Below are positions 15,277 to 24,000 of a DNA stretch of 34,890 nucleotides, in pieces. Below the pieces are notes generated by a model that was not told where the DNA came from, made no database searches, and was given only the letters and a program-made list of their open reading frames with translations. Every line of letters starts with the position of its first letter. Within the stretch, counting starts at the first letter, position 1. Made by a program: the position numbers and the translations under genes. This DNA is from a virus. Taxonomy: Duplodnaviria; Caudoviricetes. The stretch covers positions 1 to 34,890 of the IMG/VR virus record IMGVR_UViG_3300048848_000063. One strand, written 5' to 3'.

Positions 15277-16623
15277 ATGCGCCTGTTTGGCCTCCACATA
15301 AACCGGGCCGGGCCGACCGAGAAAGCTATGGCGCCCGTAAGCAGCGGTCGCCGTGGCTGGTGGAGCGTCCTCGAATCCTATGCCGGCGCCTGGCAGCAGA
15401 ACGTTGAAGTTCGGTACGATTCCGTACTGTCCAATCACGCTGACTTTGCCTGCCGGACGCTGATCGCTTCCGACATTTCGAAGCTGCGCATCAAGCTCGT
15501 GGCGAAGGACAGCGACGGCATCTGGAGCGAGACCAGCAACCCGGCCTATTCTCCGGTGCTGCGGAAGCCGAACGATTTTCAGAACCGCATCCAGTTCATG
15601 GAAGCGTGGGTTCTGTCGAAGCTGCAGCGCGGTAACGCCTATGTGCTGAAGCAGCGCGACGGCCGCGGCGTAGTGGTAAAGCTCTATGTGCTGGACCCGG
15701 CCCTGGTGACGCCTCTGGTGTCCGACGATGGCAGCGTCTTCTATCAGTTGAGCAAGGATCCGCTTGGCGGGGTTGAGGACAGCATCATCGTCCCGGCCCG
15801 CGAGATCATCCACGACCGGTTCAACTGCTTTTTCCATCCGCTCGTCGGCTTGTCTCCGATCTTCGCTGGAGGCCTCGCCGCGATGCAGGGTCTCGCGATC
15901 CAGAATGACAGCGCCCTGTTCTTCCAGAACGGTGCCCAGCCTGGCGGTATCCTGACTGCTCCCGGCGCCATCACGGATGAAACCGCGGCTCGGCTGAAGG
16001 CGCATTGGGATACGAACTTCTCCGGCAAGAACTCCGGCAAGGTCGCGGTTCTCGGGGACGGCCTGAAGTACGAGGGGATGAAGGCGAAGGCGACGGATTC
16101 CCAGCTCATCGAACAGCTGAAATGGTCTGCCGAGGTCGTTTGCTCGACCTATCACGTACCGCCCTACAAGATCAGCGTCGGCACCATGCCGAGCTACAAC
16201 AACATTCAGTCGCTGAACGTCGAATACTACTCGCAGTGCCTTCAGGTGCTGCTGGAGAGCATCGAACTGTGCCTGGATGAGGGCCTTGGCATGGGGGAAA
16301 CCATCGGGACGGAATTCGACACCGATAACCTCCTGCGCATGGACAGCGTCACGCAGATGGAAGTGCTCGACAAGTCCAAGGGCATCATGTCTCCGAACGA
16401 GCAGCGGAGGAAGATCGAGCTTAAGCCAAAGCCGGGCGGCGACAGCCCCATGCTGCAGCAGCAGAACTTCAGCCTGGAAGCTCTCGCCAAGCGGGATGCG
16501 CAAGCCGATCCGTTCGGCACGACGCCGGCCGCCCCTGTGGAGCCGGTCGAACCCGCCAACGATAACGCAACCGAGGCTGAGGCACGCGCCGCCTTGGTGG
16601 AAATTCTCAAAGGACTTCGCTGA
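15277..16623 (+). CDS. HK97-family portal protein
   Basis: LRKPNDFQ, GNAYV, IIHDR, GLSPI, FFQNGAQPGGIL, MSPNEQR motifs. Confidence 0.95.
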   Translation: MRLFGLHINRAGPTEKAMAPVSSGRRGWWSVLESYAGAWQQNVEVRYDSVLSNHADFACRTLIASDISKLRIKLVAKDSDGIWSETSNPAYSPVLRKPNDFQNRIQFMEAWVLSKLQRGNAYVLKQRDGRGVVVKLYVLDPALVTPLVSDDGSVFYQLSKDPLGGVEDSIIVPAREIIHDRFNCFFHPLVGLSPIFAGGLAAMQGLAIQNDSALFFQNGAQPGGILTAPGAITDETAARLKAHWDTNFSGKNSGKVAVLGDGLKYEGMKAKATDSQLIEQLKWSAEVVCSTYHVPPYKISVGTMPSYNNIQSLNVEYYSQCLQVLLESIELCLDEGLGMGETIGTEFDTDNLLRMDSVTQMEVLDKSKGIMSPNEQRRKIELKPKPGGDSPMLQQQNFSLEALAKRDAQADPFGTTPAAPVEPVEPANDNATEAEARAALVEILKGLR

Positions 16624-17477
16624 TGAGCTTCGATGGCAAGGCCTTTGGCGCTGAGATCGTCAGCGTGGTGAAGGGGTATCTGGAGAGAGAACTGGCGGCG
16701 GTCGCTGCTCGTCTCGATGCCATGGAGAAACGGATTGAAGCTCTCCCGGCGCCGGTGGACCTGTCGGCGGATCTCGCAGCGGTCAAGGCCGCGGTTGAGG
16801 CGATCGATATTCCCGAAATTCCCACACTCCCCGATCTGCCGGATGTTGCCGGTCTGGTGGACGAAGCAGTCAGTCGGGCGGTAGCGGATATTCCCGCCCC
16901 GCAGGACGGCAAGAGCGTGACGGTCGAGGACATCGCCCCTCTCATTGCCTCTGAGGTCGAGAAGCGCGTCAGCGAGCTTCCTAAGCCGAAGGACGGAGAG
17001 CCCGGCAGGGACGGCTTGGACGTCAAGGAGATGTTTCGCGCGGAAGGTGGTCGGCTTGTCGCTGTGATGAGCGATGGCACCACGCGCGATCTCGGTGTCT
17101 TCGTCGGCAAGGACGGCGAACCGGGTAAGCCGGGTGCGGACGCGGTCGGATTCGACGACCTCGATGTGTCCTATGACGGCGAGAAGACGATCACACTGAA
17201 ATTCACCAAGGGCGAGCGCGTCAAGGAGTTCTCGTTCGCCATGCCTGTTGTCATTGATCGGGGCGTCTATCGCGAAGGCAGCGGGTACAAGGCCGGCGAT
17301 GCCGTGACCTGGGGCGGTAGCCTCTGGATCGCGCAAAAGGACACGGCGGTCAAGCCCGATGACGGAGACGAGTGGCGCCTGTCCGTCAAGCGCGGCCGCG
17401 ATGGCAAAGACGGTACGGTGAAGGAGACGAAGCGGGCAGAGCCCGTCCGTGTCGGCATCCCCGCGAGGGCAAGCTGA
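16623..17477 (+). CDS. Structural protein with coiled coil, short Gly-X-Y repeats and a C-terminal CBM5/12-like module
   Basis: DGEPGRDG, GKDGEPGKPG and GRDGKDG repeats; YKAGDAVTWGGSLWIA. Confidence 0.75.
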   Translation: MSFDGKAFGAEIVSVVKGYLERELAAVAARLDAMEKRIEALPAPVDLSADLAAVKAAVEAIDIPEIPTLPDLPDVAGLVDEAVSRAVADIPAPQDGKSVTVEDIAPLIASEVEKRVSELPKPKDGEPGRDGLDVKEMFRAEGGRLVAVMSDGTTRDLGVFVGKDGEPGKPGADAVGFDDLDVSYDGEKTITLKFTKGERVKEFSFAMPVVIDRGVYREGSGYKAGDAVTWGGSLWIAQKDTAVKPDDGDEWRLSVKRGRDGKDGTVKETKRAEPVRVGIPARAS

Positions 17478-17779
17478 TGGCTTTGATAACTCTCGACGAT
17501 CTCGACTTTCAACTTCGGCTCGATCTGGAGCGGGATGAAGATGGAGGAATCACAGACCCTCTCGCCTCACAGTTCCAGAAGCTCGCCGATCGCGCATCCA
17601 CAATCATCCTCCGCCACGTCAAACGGGAGGACGACCCATGGACCGAGGCGGAAGCTCCGGAAGATGTCAAAGCGGCGGCGCTCATGGTCGCGCGGAACTT
17701 GTGGGATGAGACGGAGCAGCCTCTTTCTGAACCGGTCGTAAACCTATTGCGCGGGCGTAGGGACCCGACACTGGCATGA
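17477..17779 (+). CDS. Head-tail connector (gp6-like)
   Basis: LITLDDL start, PEDVKAAALMV motif, position after the portal; TGATG overlap. Confidence 0.8.
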   Translation: MALITLDDLDFQLRLDLERDEDGGITDPLASQFQKLADRASTIILRHVKREDDPWTEAEAPEDVKAAALMVARNLWDETEQPLSEPVVNLLRGRRDPTLA

Positions 17780-18120
17780 TCAAGGCAGGCAATCTTGATC
17801 GCCGCATCACCATCCAGCGGGCGACCACCGTCTATGACGAGTTCAACGAACCGGTCGAGACGTGGGCGAATGTCGCCACCCTTTGGGCCCGTCGTCGTGA
17901 CGGTTCCGACGTCGTGAAAACGGAGCTCTTGGGCGCTGAGCAGATCGGCGCCTATCTCTTGACGCACTTCACCATCCGGTCGTCCGCCTTGGCGAAGACC
18001 ATCACGCCGAGCGATCAAATCCTCCACGACGGTGCGATCTGGAACATCAAAGGCACGAAGGAAGCCGCAGAGGGGCGCAATCGGTTTATCGAGATCACTG
18101 CCGTCAAGGAAAACAACTGA
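17776..18120 (+). CDS. Head closure / head-tail adaptor
   Basis: AGNLDRRITIQ...W...LWA...FTIR...IWNI motif of SPP1 gp16-like proteins. Confidence 0.88.
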   Translation: MIKAGNLDRRITIQRATTVYDEFNEPVETWANVATLWARRRDGSDVVKTELLGAEQIGAYLLTHFTIRSSALAKTITPSDQILHDGAIWNIKGTKEAAEGRNRFIEITAVKENN

Positions 18121-18569
18121 TGGCAAGCCGCGGCGTCACGGTAAGGATCGACGGCCTGAAAGAGCTGGAAGCCGCTCTCAAGGAATTGCCGACGGCGAAC
18201 GCAAAGGCGGTTCTGCGACGCACGCTCAAAGAGGCGGGCGAGCCGGTTGCTCGGGCCGCGCGTGGAATGGTGCCAAGAGATCAGGGGCATCTCGCAGAGA
18301 GCATCGACGTCAGCCCTAAGCTGTCGGGCCGCCAGAGCAAGATCCACAAGAAAGATGCACCGGTTGAGATGTTCGTCGGCCCTGGACCGAACCCGGCGGG
18401 GCACCTGCAGGAATTCGGCACGGGGCCTGGCCATGTCGCCCAGCCGTTCATGCGGCCGGCGTGGGATCAGAACAAGGCGAAGGTACTCGACACGATCGCG
18501 AACATGACGTGGGTCGAGATCGAGAGGACCGCGAAGCGCCTTGCCAAGCGAGCAGCGAGGGGGAGGTAG
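18120..18569 (+). CDS. HK97 gp10-family neck protein
   Basis: GLKELEAAL, GHLAESI, EFGT...QPFMRPAWD. Confidence 0.9.
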   Translation: MASRGVTVRIDGLKELEAALKELPTANAKAVLRRTLKEAGEPVARAARGMVPRDQGHLAESIDVSPKLSGRQSKIHKKDAPVEMFVGPGPNPAGHLQEFGTGPGHVAQPFMRPAWDQNKAKVLDTIANMTWVEIERTAKRLAKRAARGR

Positions 18570-18570
18570 C

Positions 18571-18975
18571 ATGGAAGAGGCGCTTATCGCGCTGCTGCTG
18601 GGCGCGCCCGCTCTCGCTGCACTGACAGGGCCGCGGGTCTACTGGGTTCGTAAACCACAGACTGTCGCTGGCCGTACCTACGTTGTTCTTCAGCGCATCG
18701 ACGGGGTGCCGTTCTACCACATGCAAGGCGCCTCCGATTACACCGCCAGCAGGGTGCAGGCTGACGTCTACGCAGAGACCTATACGACGGCAAAGAAGAC
18801 GGCGCGCGCGCTGATAGCGGCCATATCCGGTCATTCCGGCGGCATGTTCCAGGGCGTGTTCGTCGATGCCGAACGCGACCTATCCGCCAGCGACGCGGGG
18901 GAGGTCACACCACTGTTTCGCGTTTCCGTCGATCTCATCATCCACCATCAATCCTCACAGGAGATAACACCATGA
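18571..18975 (+). CDS. Tail terminator (DUF3168-like)
   Basis: GGAGG RBS; RVQADVYA motif; position before the tail tube gene. Confidence 0.8.
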   Translation: MEEALIALLLGAPALAALTGPRVYWVRKPQTVAGRTYVVLQRIDGVPFYHMQGASDYTASRVQADVYAETYTTAKKTARALIAAISGHSGGMFQGVFVDAERDLSASDAGEVTPLFRVSVDLIIHHQSSQEITP

Positions 18976-19400
18976 CAAGCGCCCGCATCGGCTACGGCAC
19001 CAAGTATCGCATTTGGGATGCCAGCCTCACCACGCCCGCTCTCGTCGACATCGCGGAGGTGATCACGGTCACCCCCGGCGCGGCCACGGCGGATCGCATC
19101 GACGCGACGCACATGCAGAGCCCGGGCCGCCGCCGCGAGTATATCGCCGGCCTGATCGACACCGGCGAGGCCTCGTTCGAAATCAACTGGGTGCCGGGTA
19201 ACGCCACCGACGAGCTTCTGCGCGCGCTCATGGCGTCGGGCGAGACCGTCCAGCACGAGATCGAATTCCCGAATGGCGTCACCGTCTCCTACGATGCGGC
19301 GATTACCGGCTACGAGAAGGACATCCCCGTCGACGATCGCATGACAGCCACCATCACGGTTGCCGTTTCCGGCGAAGAAACCTGGGGCGAGGCAGCTTAA
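18972..19400 (+). CDS. Major tail tube protein
   Basis: IDATHMQSPG...EYIAGLIDTG...NWVP motif. Confidence 0.88.
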   Translation: MTSARIGYGTKYRIWDASLTTPALVDIAEVITVTPGAATADRIDATHMQSPGRRREYIAGLIDTGEASFEINWVPGNATDELLRALMASGETVQHEIEFPNGVTVSYDAAITGYEKDIPVDDRMTATITVAVSGEETWGEAA

Positions 19401-19751
19401 ATGGCCAATCCCGTCCGCGGCTCGGTCGCCCTGCAGGCGGCCGAGCGAGCATATACGCTCAGCTTCTCCATCAACGCACTTTGCGAGCTGGAGGAGCAAC
19501 TGGGGCAACCCATCGCCCAGATCGCCACCACCCTCGGCAAGCCCGAGGAGATCAGGCTCGGCACGGTCCGTGCGTTGGTGTGGGCCGCTACCCGGGATCA
19601 TCACCCCGAAATTGACCTTAAGTCCGCCGGCGACGTGATTGATGCCGCTGGCGTTCAGGATGTCATGGCGGTGATCGGCAAGGCGTTCCAGCTGGCGTTC
19701 CCGGCGCCGGCGGAGGGCGCCCCGACAAACCCTCGGAAGGCGAAGGGCTGA
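19401..19751 (+). CDS. Tail assembly chaperone (gpG-like)
   Basis: YTLSFSINALCELEEQLG; lies between the tube and tape-measure genes. Confidence 0.85.
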   Translation: MANPVRGSVALQAAERAYTLSFSINALCELEEQLGQPIAQIATTLGKPEEIRLGTVRALVWAATRDHHPEIDLKSAGDVIDAAGVQDVMAVIGKAFQLAFPAPAEGAPTNPRKAKG

Positions 19752-20047
19752 ACCCGCTCGGTCTGCTCAAATCATGGGTGGAAAGCGGTCAGGATCCTTC
19801 GCATTTCTGGCGTCTCACGCTGCGAGAAATCGCCGTCATCCTCGACGGCGCCGCAAGCAGGCTGAAGCGCGAACACAACGATCGCGCCTGGATGGCTTGG
19901 CACATCGCGGCGCTGTCACGACAGAAGAAAATGGCAGCGCTCTCCGAACTGACGTTCGCCCCGGAGAAGGTCAAGCGGCAGATGACACCCCAGGAACTTG
20001 AAGCGGTAACGCGGTCCTGGCTGGGGTCGAGGAAAAGGAAGTCCTAA
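19727..20047 (+). CDS. Tail assembly chaperone -1 frameshift extension (gpT-like)
   Basis: Slippery heptamer A AAC CCT at 19727-19733; the -1 frame stays open into the FWRLTLREI ORF, which ends 1 nt before the tape-measure start. Confidence 0.82.
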   Translation, partial: KPSEGEGLNPLGLLKSWVESGQDPSHFWRLTLREIAVILDGAASRLKREHNDRAWMAWHIAALSRQKKMAALSELTFAPEKVKRQMTPQELEAVTRSWLGSRKRKS

Positions 20048-22306
20048 ATGGCTGGCAGTGCGGTTATCGGTTCGCTCCGGGTCAATCTCGGCATCGATAC
20101 CGCCATGTTCGACAAGGGCCTCGCAGACGCCATGCGGAGCCTAAAGGGCATCGGCAGTTCGATGCAGTCGATCGGCAAGACGATGTCGCTGTCTTTGACT
20201 GCACCAATCCTGGGCTTCGGCGCGCTCACCGTGAAGACGGCGAGCGATTTCGAGGCGGCCATGAACCGAGTCGGCGCGGCGACCGGTTCGACCGGCGCAG
20301 AGTTCGAGGCGCTGGAAAAGCTCGCCCGTGACCTCGGCCGCACCACTTCGAAGTCCGCATCCGAATCCGCGGACATGCTGGAGATGCTGGCGAAGAACGG
20401 CCTTCCCGCGAAGGACATTCTGAACGGCGCGGCCCAGGCTGCAATCAGACTGTCCGAAGCCACGGGCGGGGACTTGTCCCGGTCCGCCGATGTCGCGACC
20501 AACGTGATGGCGCAGTTTGGCAAGGAAGCCAAAGACCTCGCGCCGATCGTCGACCAGATCACCGGTGTCACGCTCGCTTCGCAGTTCAGCTTCGATGACT
20601 ATGCGCTGGCTCTTGGGCAGGCGGGAGGCGTGGCCGGTTCGCTCGGTGTAGAACTGACCGAGTTCAATGCTGCGATCGCGGCAACTTCGGACGTGTTCAA
20701 CAGCGGATCCGATGCCGGCACGTCGTTCAAGACGTTCCTGTTGCGCCTCGTACCGCAGAGCGACGCTGCGGCGGCGGCTATCGAAAAGCTGGGCCTCGAG
20801 TTCTTTGACGCCAACGGCAAGATGAAATCTCTGCCGCTGATCGCCGAGCAGCTGAAGGTCGCCCTTTCCGGGCTTAGCGATGAGGCGCGCAGCGAGGCGC
20901 TGAATACGATCTTCGGGCAGGACGCTCTCCGCACTGCCATCGCCCTCGGCAATGAAGGTGCCGCCGGTATCTCCGCGATGGTCGACCAGATCAACCGCGC
21001 CGGGATTGCCGACGAACAGGCCGCGGCTCGTATGAAGGGCTTTAACGGCGAGATGGAAAAGCTCGCCGGCGCCTTCGACGAGCTGAAGATCGCGATCGCC
21101 GAGAGCGGACTGCTCGAGACGGTCACGGCATTCGTCACCAAGCTGGCGGAGTGGATGACCGCGCTCGCCGCGACCAACCCGGAAATCCTGAAGTGGGGCA
21201 CGATTGTCGCCGGCCTGGTGGCAATCATCGGGCCCGTTGTCGTGGTGGTCGGTACGCTCGTCACCGCGATCGCCGCCATTGGCGTGCCTGTCGCCGCGGC
21301 TATTGCCGGCGTCGCCGCATTGACGGCTGCGGTGGTCGCCTTTTGGCCGGAAATTCAGCGCGCGGCTGAGATCTTCGTGAAGTTTCATGTCGAGCTCCTG
21401 AAGATCGGCGCCGGGCTCTATGAGGCGCTGGCCGGGAAGCTGGATGAGATCAAGAACAAGGTGACGCAGTTTGCGGCTGACTTCGTCACTGTCTTTCTCG
21501 CGCTCCCCGCCAAAATGATCGAGATCGGCGAGCAGATTATCGACGGGCTCTGGCAAGGCATTCAAGCCAAGTGGGAGATCTTGAAATCGAACGTCACGGG
21601 ACTGGGCGACAGCATTGTCGGCTGGTTCAAGAGCCCCTTTGACATCCACTCTCCGTCCCGCGTGATGGAGGAGGTTGGTACGAACATCATGGAAGGCCTC
21701 GGCAACGGCATCGAGGCAATGCGCACGGATGTCGCCGGCAAGGCAGACGCAGCCGCTTCGAGCGTCAAGGGCGCCTTCAAAGGTATGGAGAAGGTCGGGT
21801 CCGACATCGGGTCCGGTATCGAGGATGCCTTCTCCGGCATCGGCTCATCGCTCGCCGGGGTCATCAAGGGCACGAAGGACTGGCGAGATGTGGCGATCGA
21901 CGCCCTCAGCAGCATCGCGCAGACCGCTCTTTCCTCGTTCAGCTCAAGCATCGGAGGCAGCGGCGGCTTTGGCGGGATTGTCTCGAGCCTCCTGGGCGGC
22001 CTGTTCGGCGGCTTTGCGCGGGGCGGCACGATCTTGCCCGGAGGCTCTGGCGGGATAGACAGCCAGCTGGTCGCATTCCGTAAATCACCGAACGAGCGGG
22101 TCGATATTACCAAGCCGGGTCAAACCCTGGCCGGTGGCGGAGGACCGCAGGAGTTCGTCGTCCGCGGCGTTCTCGTCGATGACGGCGGCGTGATCAAGGC
22201 GCGCATCGAGCAGACATCGGTGCAGGCGGCCCAGTCCGCAGTCGAGCACTATGACCGCAACGTCATTCCCGGTCGGATTGGCGATGTGATGGAACGAACA
22301 GGCTAG
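20048..22306 (+). CDS. Tail tape measure protein
   Basis: 752-aa Ala/Gly-rich protein with a TP901-type core (FEAAMNRV, DAGTSFK, IFGQDA) and an IHSPSRV motif. Confidence 0.93.
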   Translation: MAGSAVIGSLRVNLGIDTAMFDKGLADAMRSLKGIGSSMQSIGKTMSLSLTAPILGFGALTVKTASDFEAAMNRVGAATGSTGAEFEALEKLARDLGRTTSKSASESADMLEMLAKNGLPAKDILNGAAQAAIRLSEATGGDLSRSADVATNVMAQFGKEAKDLAPIVDQITGVTLASQFSFDDYALALGQAGGVAGSLGVELTEFNAAIAATSDVFNSGSDAGTSFKTFLLRLVPQSDAAAAAIEKLGLEFFDANGKMKSLPLIAEQLKVALSGLSDEARSEALNTIFGQDALRTAIALGNEGAAGISAMVDQINRAGIADEQAAARMKGFNGEMEKLAGAFDELKIAIAESGLLETVTAFVTKLAEWMTALAATNPEILKWGTIVAGLVAIIGPVVVVVGTLVTAIAAIGVPVAAAIAGVAALTAAVVAFWPEIQRAAEIFVKFHVELLKIGAGLYEALAGKLDEIKNKVTQFAADFVTVFLALPAKMIEIGEQIIDGLWQGIQAKWEILKSNVTGLGDSIVGWFKSPFDIHSPSRVMEEVGTNIMEGLGNGIEAMRTDVAGKADAAASSVKGAFKGMEKVGSDIGSGIEDAFSGIGSSLAGVIKGTKDWRDVAIDALSSIAQTALSSFSSSIGGSGGFGGIVSSLLGGLFGGFARGGTILPGGSGGIDSQLVAFRKSPNERVDITKPGQTLAGGGGPQEFVVRGVLVDDGGVIKARIEQTSVQAAQSAVEHYDRNVIPGRIGDVMERTG

Positions 22307-22314
22307 GGCGGGAC

Positions 22315-23022
22315 ATGATAGATATCATCGATTTTCCCGCCTCCAGTCTGAAGATCCGCAACCCCGCGGTGGCACCGTTCTATCTCACGCGGCCGAAGCA
22401 CGAAGCGACGAATGGGATGCAGCGGTCACCGGGCGTTGCCGGGGCGCAGTGGCGGTTGAAGTTCGACGTGCTGGTGCATGACGAGGCCAGCGTGCGGACC
22501 TTGCGAGCCTTCTTCTTCAACATGGAAGCGGATTCCTCCCTGGTCCGCATCGCCATTCCGGACCGGTACGGCATCGACGGGCCTTATACGGACACGGCCC
22601 GGAATGCCCGGCTGCAGTATCCCAACGGCATCCCGTTCGCGACGGGCGCCATGTATGAAACCGGAGTTGGCCATGCCATCCCGACGCGCGAGACGACCTT
22701 CAGCGCAGCGGCCGCGCTGAACGCTCGCACCATCTATGTCAGCGAAGACGACCCGTTGCCCGCCGGCTGCGCGGTGTCGATCGATGGTTTCGTCTATGGT
22801 ATCGCCGGCGCGTGGGTGGAGAGCGGGCAGCAGCGGTTGAAGATTTCGCCCGTCTTGCGCAAGGCCGCGTCTACAGGCTCCGTCATCTCTCTCGCGCCGA
22901 AGTTCGTCGGCTCCTGCATCACAAGCGGGCCGGGCTATGAGGCGATGGTGAATGGTTACTACGGCGAATTCTCGTTGGAGTTCGTCGAGGATCTGACCCG
23001 CCTTGTCGAGGATGTGGACTGA
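22315..23022 (+). CDS. Distal tail protein-like
   Basis: Immediately after the tape measure; C-terminal SLEFVE strand. Confidence 0.6.
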   Translation: MIDIIDFPASSLKIRNPAVAPFYLTRPKHEATNGMQRSPGVAGAQWRLKFDVLVHDEASVRTLRAFFFNMEADSSLVRIAIPDRYGIDGPYTDTARNARLQYPNGIPFATGAMYETGVGHAIPTRETTFSAAAALNARTIYVSEDDPLPAGCAVSIDGFVYGIAGAWVESGQQRLKISPVLRKAASTGSVISLAPKFVGSCITSGPGYEAMVNGYYGEFSLEFVEDLTRLVEDVD

Positions 23023-23612
23023 TGTTTTCGCAGACGATCAAGGTGGCAGCTCGCGGCAATCGCGTGCACTGCGTGGTGCTTGCTGAGCTGCAGTTTGTTT
23101 CCGGCACGATGTATGTTCACAACGAGGGCGGCGTCCTCGTCAGCCGCGGGACGAACGGCCAGAAGGAAGCCATCCAGTGGCGGGGGATGCAGGGGCTGGC
23201 CTCTGTTTCCAACCTCGGGGCGTCCAAGATCGGCGCTTCCCGCCAGGTCACCTGCTCGCTCAATGCGGAAAGCGCCCAGATCAAGGAATGGTTCTTCGAG
23301 GAGGAGCAGCGCCAGATCAAAGGCCGCCGCTTCCGCTTCTGGGGGCAGTTCTACGACAGGAACTTCGAACCCCTCGACCCTCGCTTCCATATCTATACCG
23401 GGATTGGGGACAAGCTGCGGTTGGCCAAGAGTGGCGCATCGTCCCGGCAAATATCGCTCCTGTTGGAAGACTGGTTTTCTCGCCGCCGCCGGTCGGCAAA
23501 CTCCATGGTGACGAACAGTGATCAGCAGCAGCGCGACCCGGGCTCTACCGGTTTCATGTACGTCCAGCGCATGGTCGACCAAACGCTCAACCTGTTCGAT
23601 GCCGGCAACTGA
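23022..23612 (+). CDS. Minor tail / baseplate hub-like protein
   Basis: Position; DQQQRDPGSTGFMYV C-terminal motif seen in siphophage minor tail proteins. Confidence 0.6.
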   Translation: MFSQTIKVAARGNRVHCVVLAELQFVSGTMYVHNEGGVLVSRGTNGQKEAIQWRGMQGLASVSNLGASKIGASRQVTCSLNAESAQIKEWFFEEEQRQIKGRRFRFWGQFYDRNFEPLDPRFHIYTGIGDKLRLAKSGASSRQISLLLEDWFSRRRRSANSMVTNSDQQQRDPGSTGFMYVQRMVDQTLNLFDAGN

Positions 23613-24000
23613 TTTGCTCGATCTCTACATTGAAGACGAGAAGTCGAAGCCTTTCGCCTGGGGGCAGGAGAACGGCGATTGCCTACTCTTCCTCCTCGGC
23701 TGGACGGAACGATGCGGCCGCACGTCTCCGTCTAGCTGGCGCGGCGCGTACGCCTGCGAAGCTGAAGCGAAGGCGCTTCTGGCGGCCGCTGGTGGTGCCG
23801 TGGTCGCCGTGACGGAAACGCTGGGCACGCCGAGGATCGGAAGTCCAGCAGCGCGCGGAGACGTGGGGCTGCTGTCCGTGGACGACTGGCACCTGGGAAT
23901 GATCTGCACCGGCTCAATGTGGGTGCTGCGGGCCGGGACGCGTGGCGTCCGGCTCACTCGAAGCGCACCCGAAATCATCTGGGACATGAGGCTGCAGTGA
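23599..24000 (+). CDS. NlpC/P60-like tail-associated protein
   Basis: PFAWG...DCLLF, RGDVG and HLGMIC motifs (Cys/His pair). Confidence 0.7.
   Translation: MPATDLLDLYIEDEKSKPFAWGQENGDCLLFLLGWTERCGRTSPSSWRGAYACEAEAKALLAAAGGAVVAVTETLGTPRIGSPAARGDVGLLSVDDWHLGMICTGSMWVLRAGTRGVRLTRSAPEIIWDMRLQ

Noticed and set aside
14761-16503. 580-aa antisense ORF, and similar long reverse ORFs at 13679-14764, 20141-21649 and 24687-25994
   Set aside because: These are shadow frames opposite well-supported portal, capsid, tape-measure and tail genes, as expected in high-GC coding DNA. They have no recognisable motifs.
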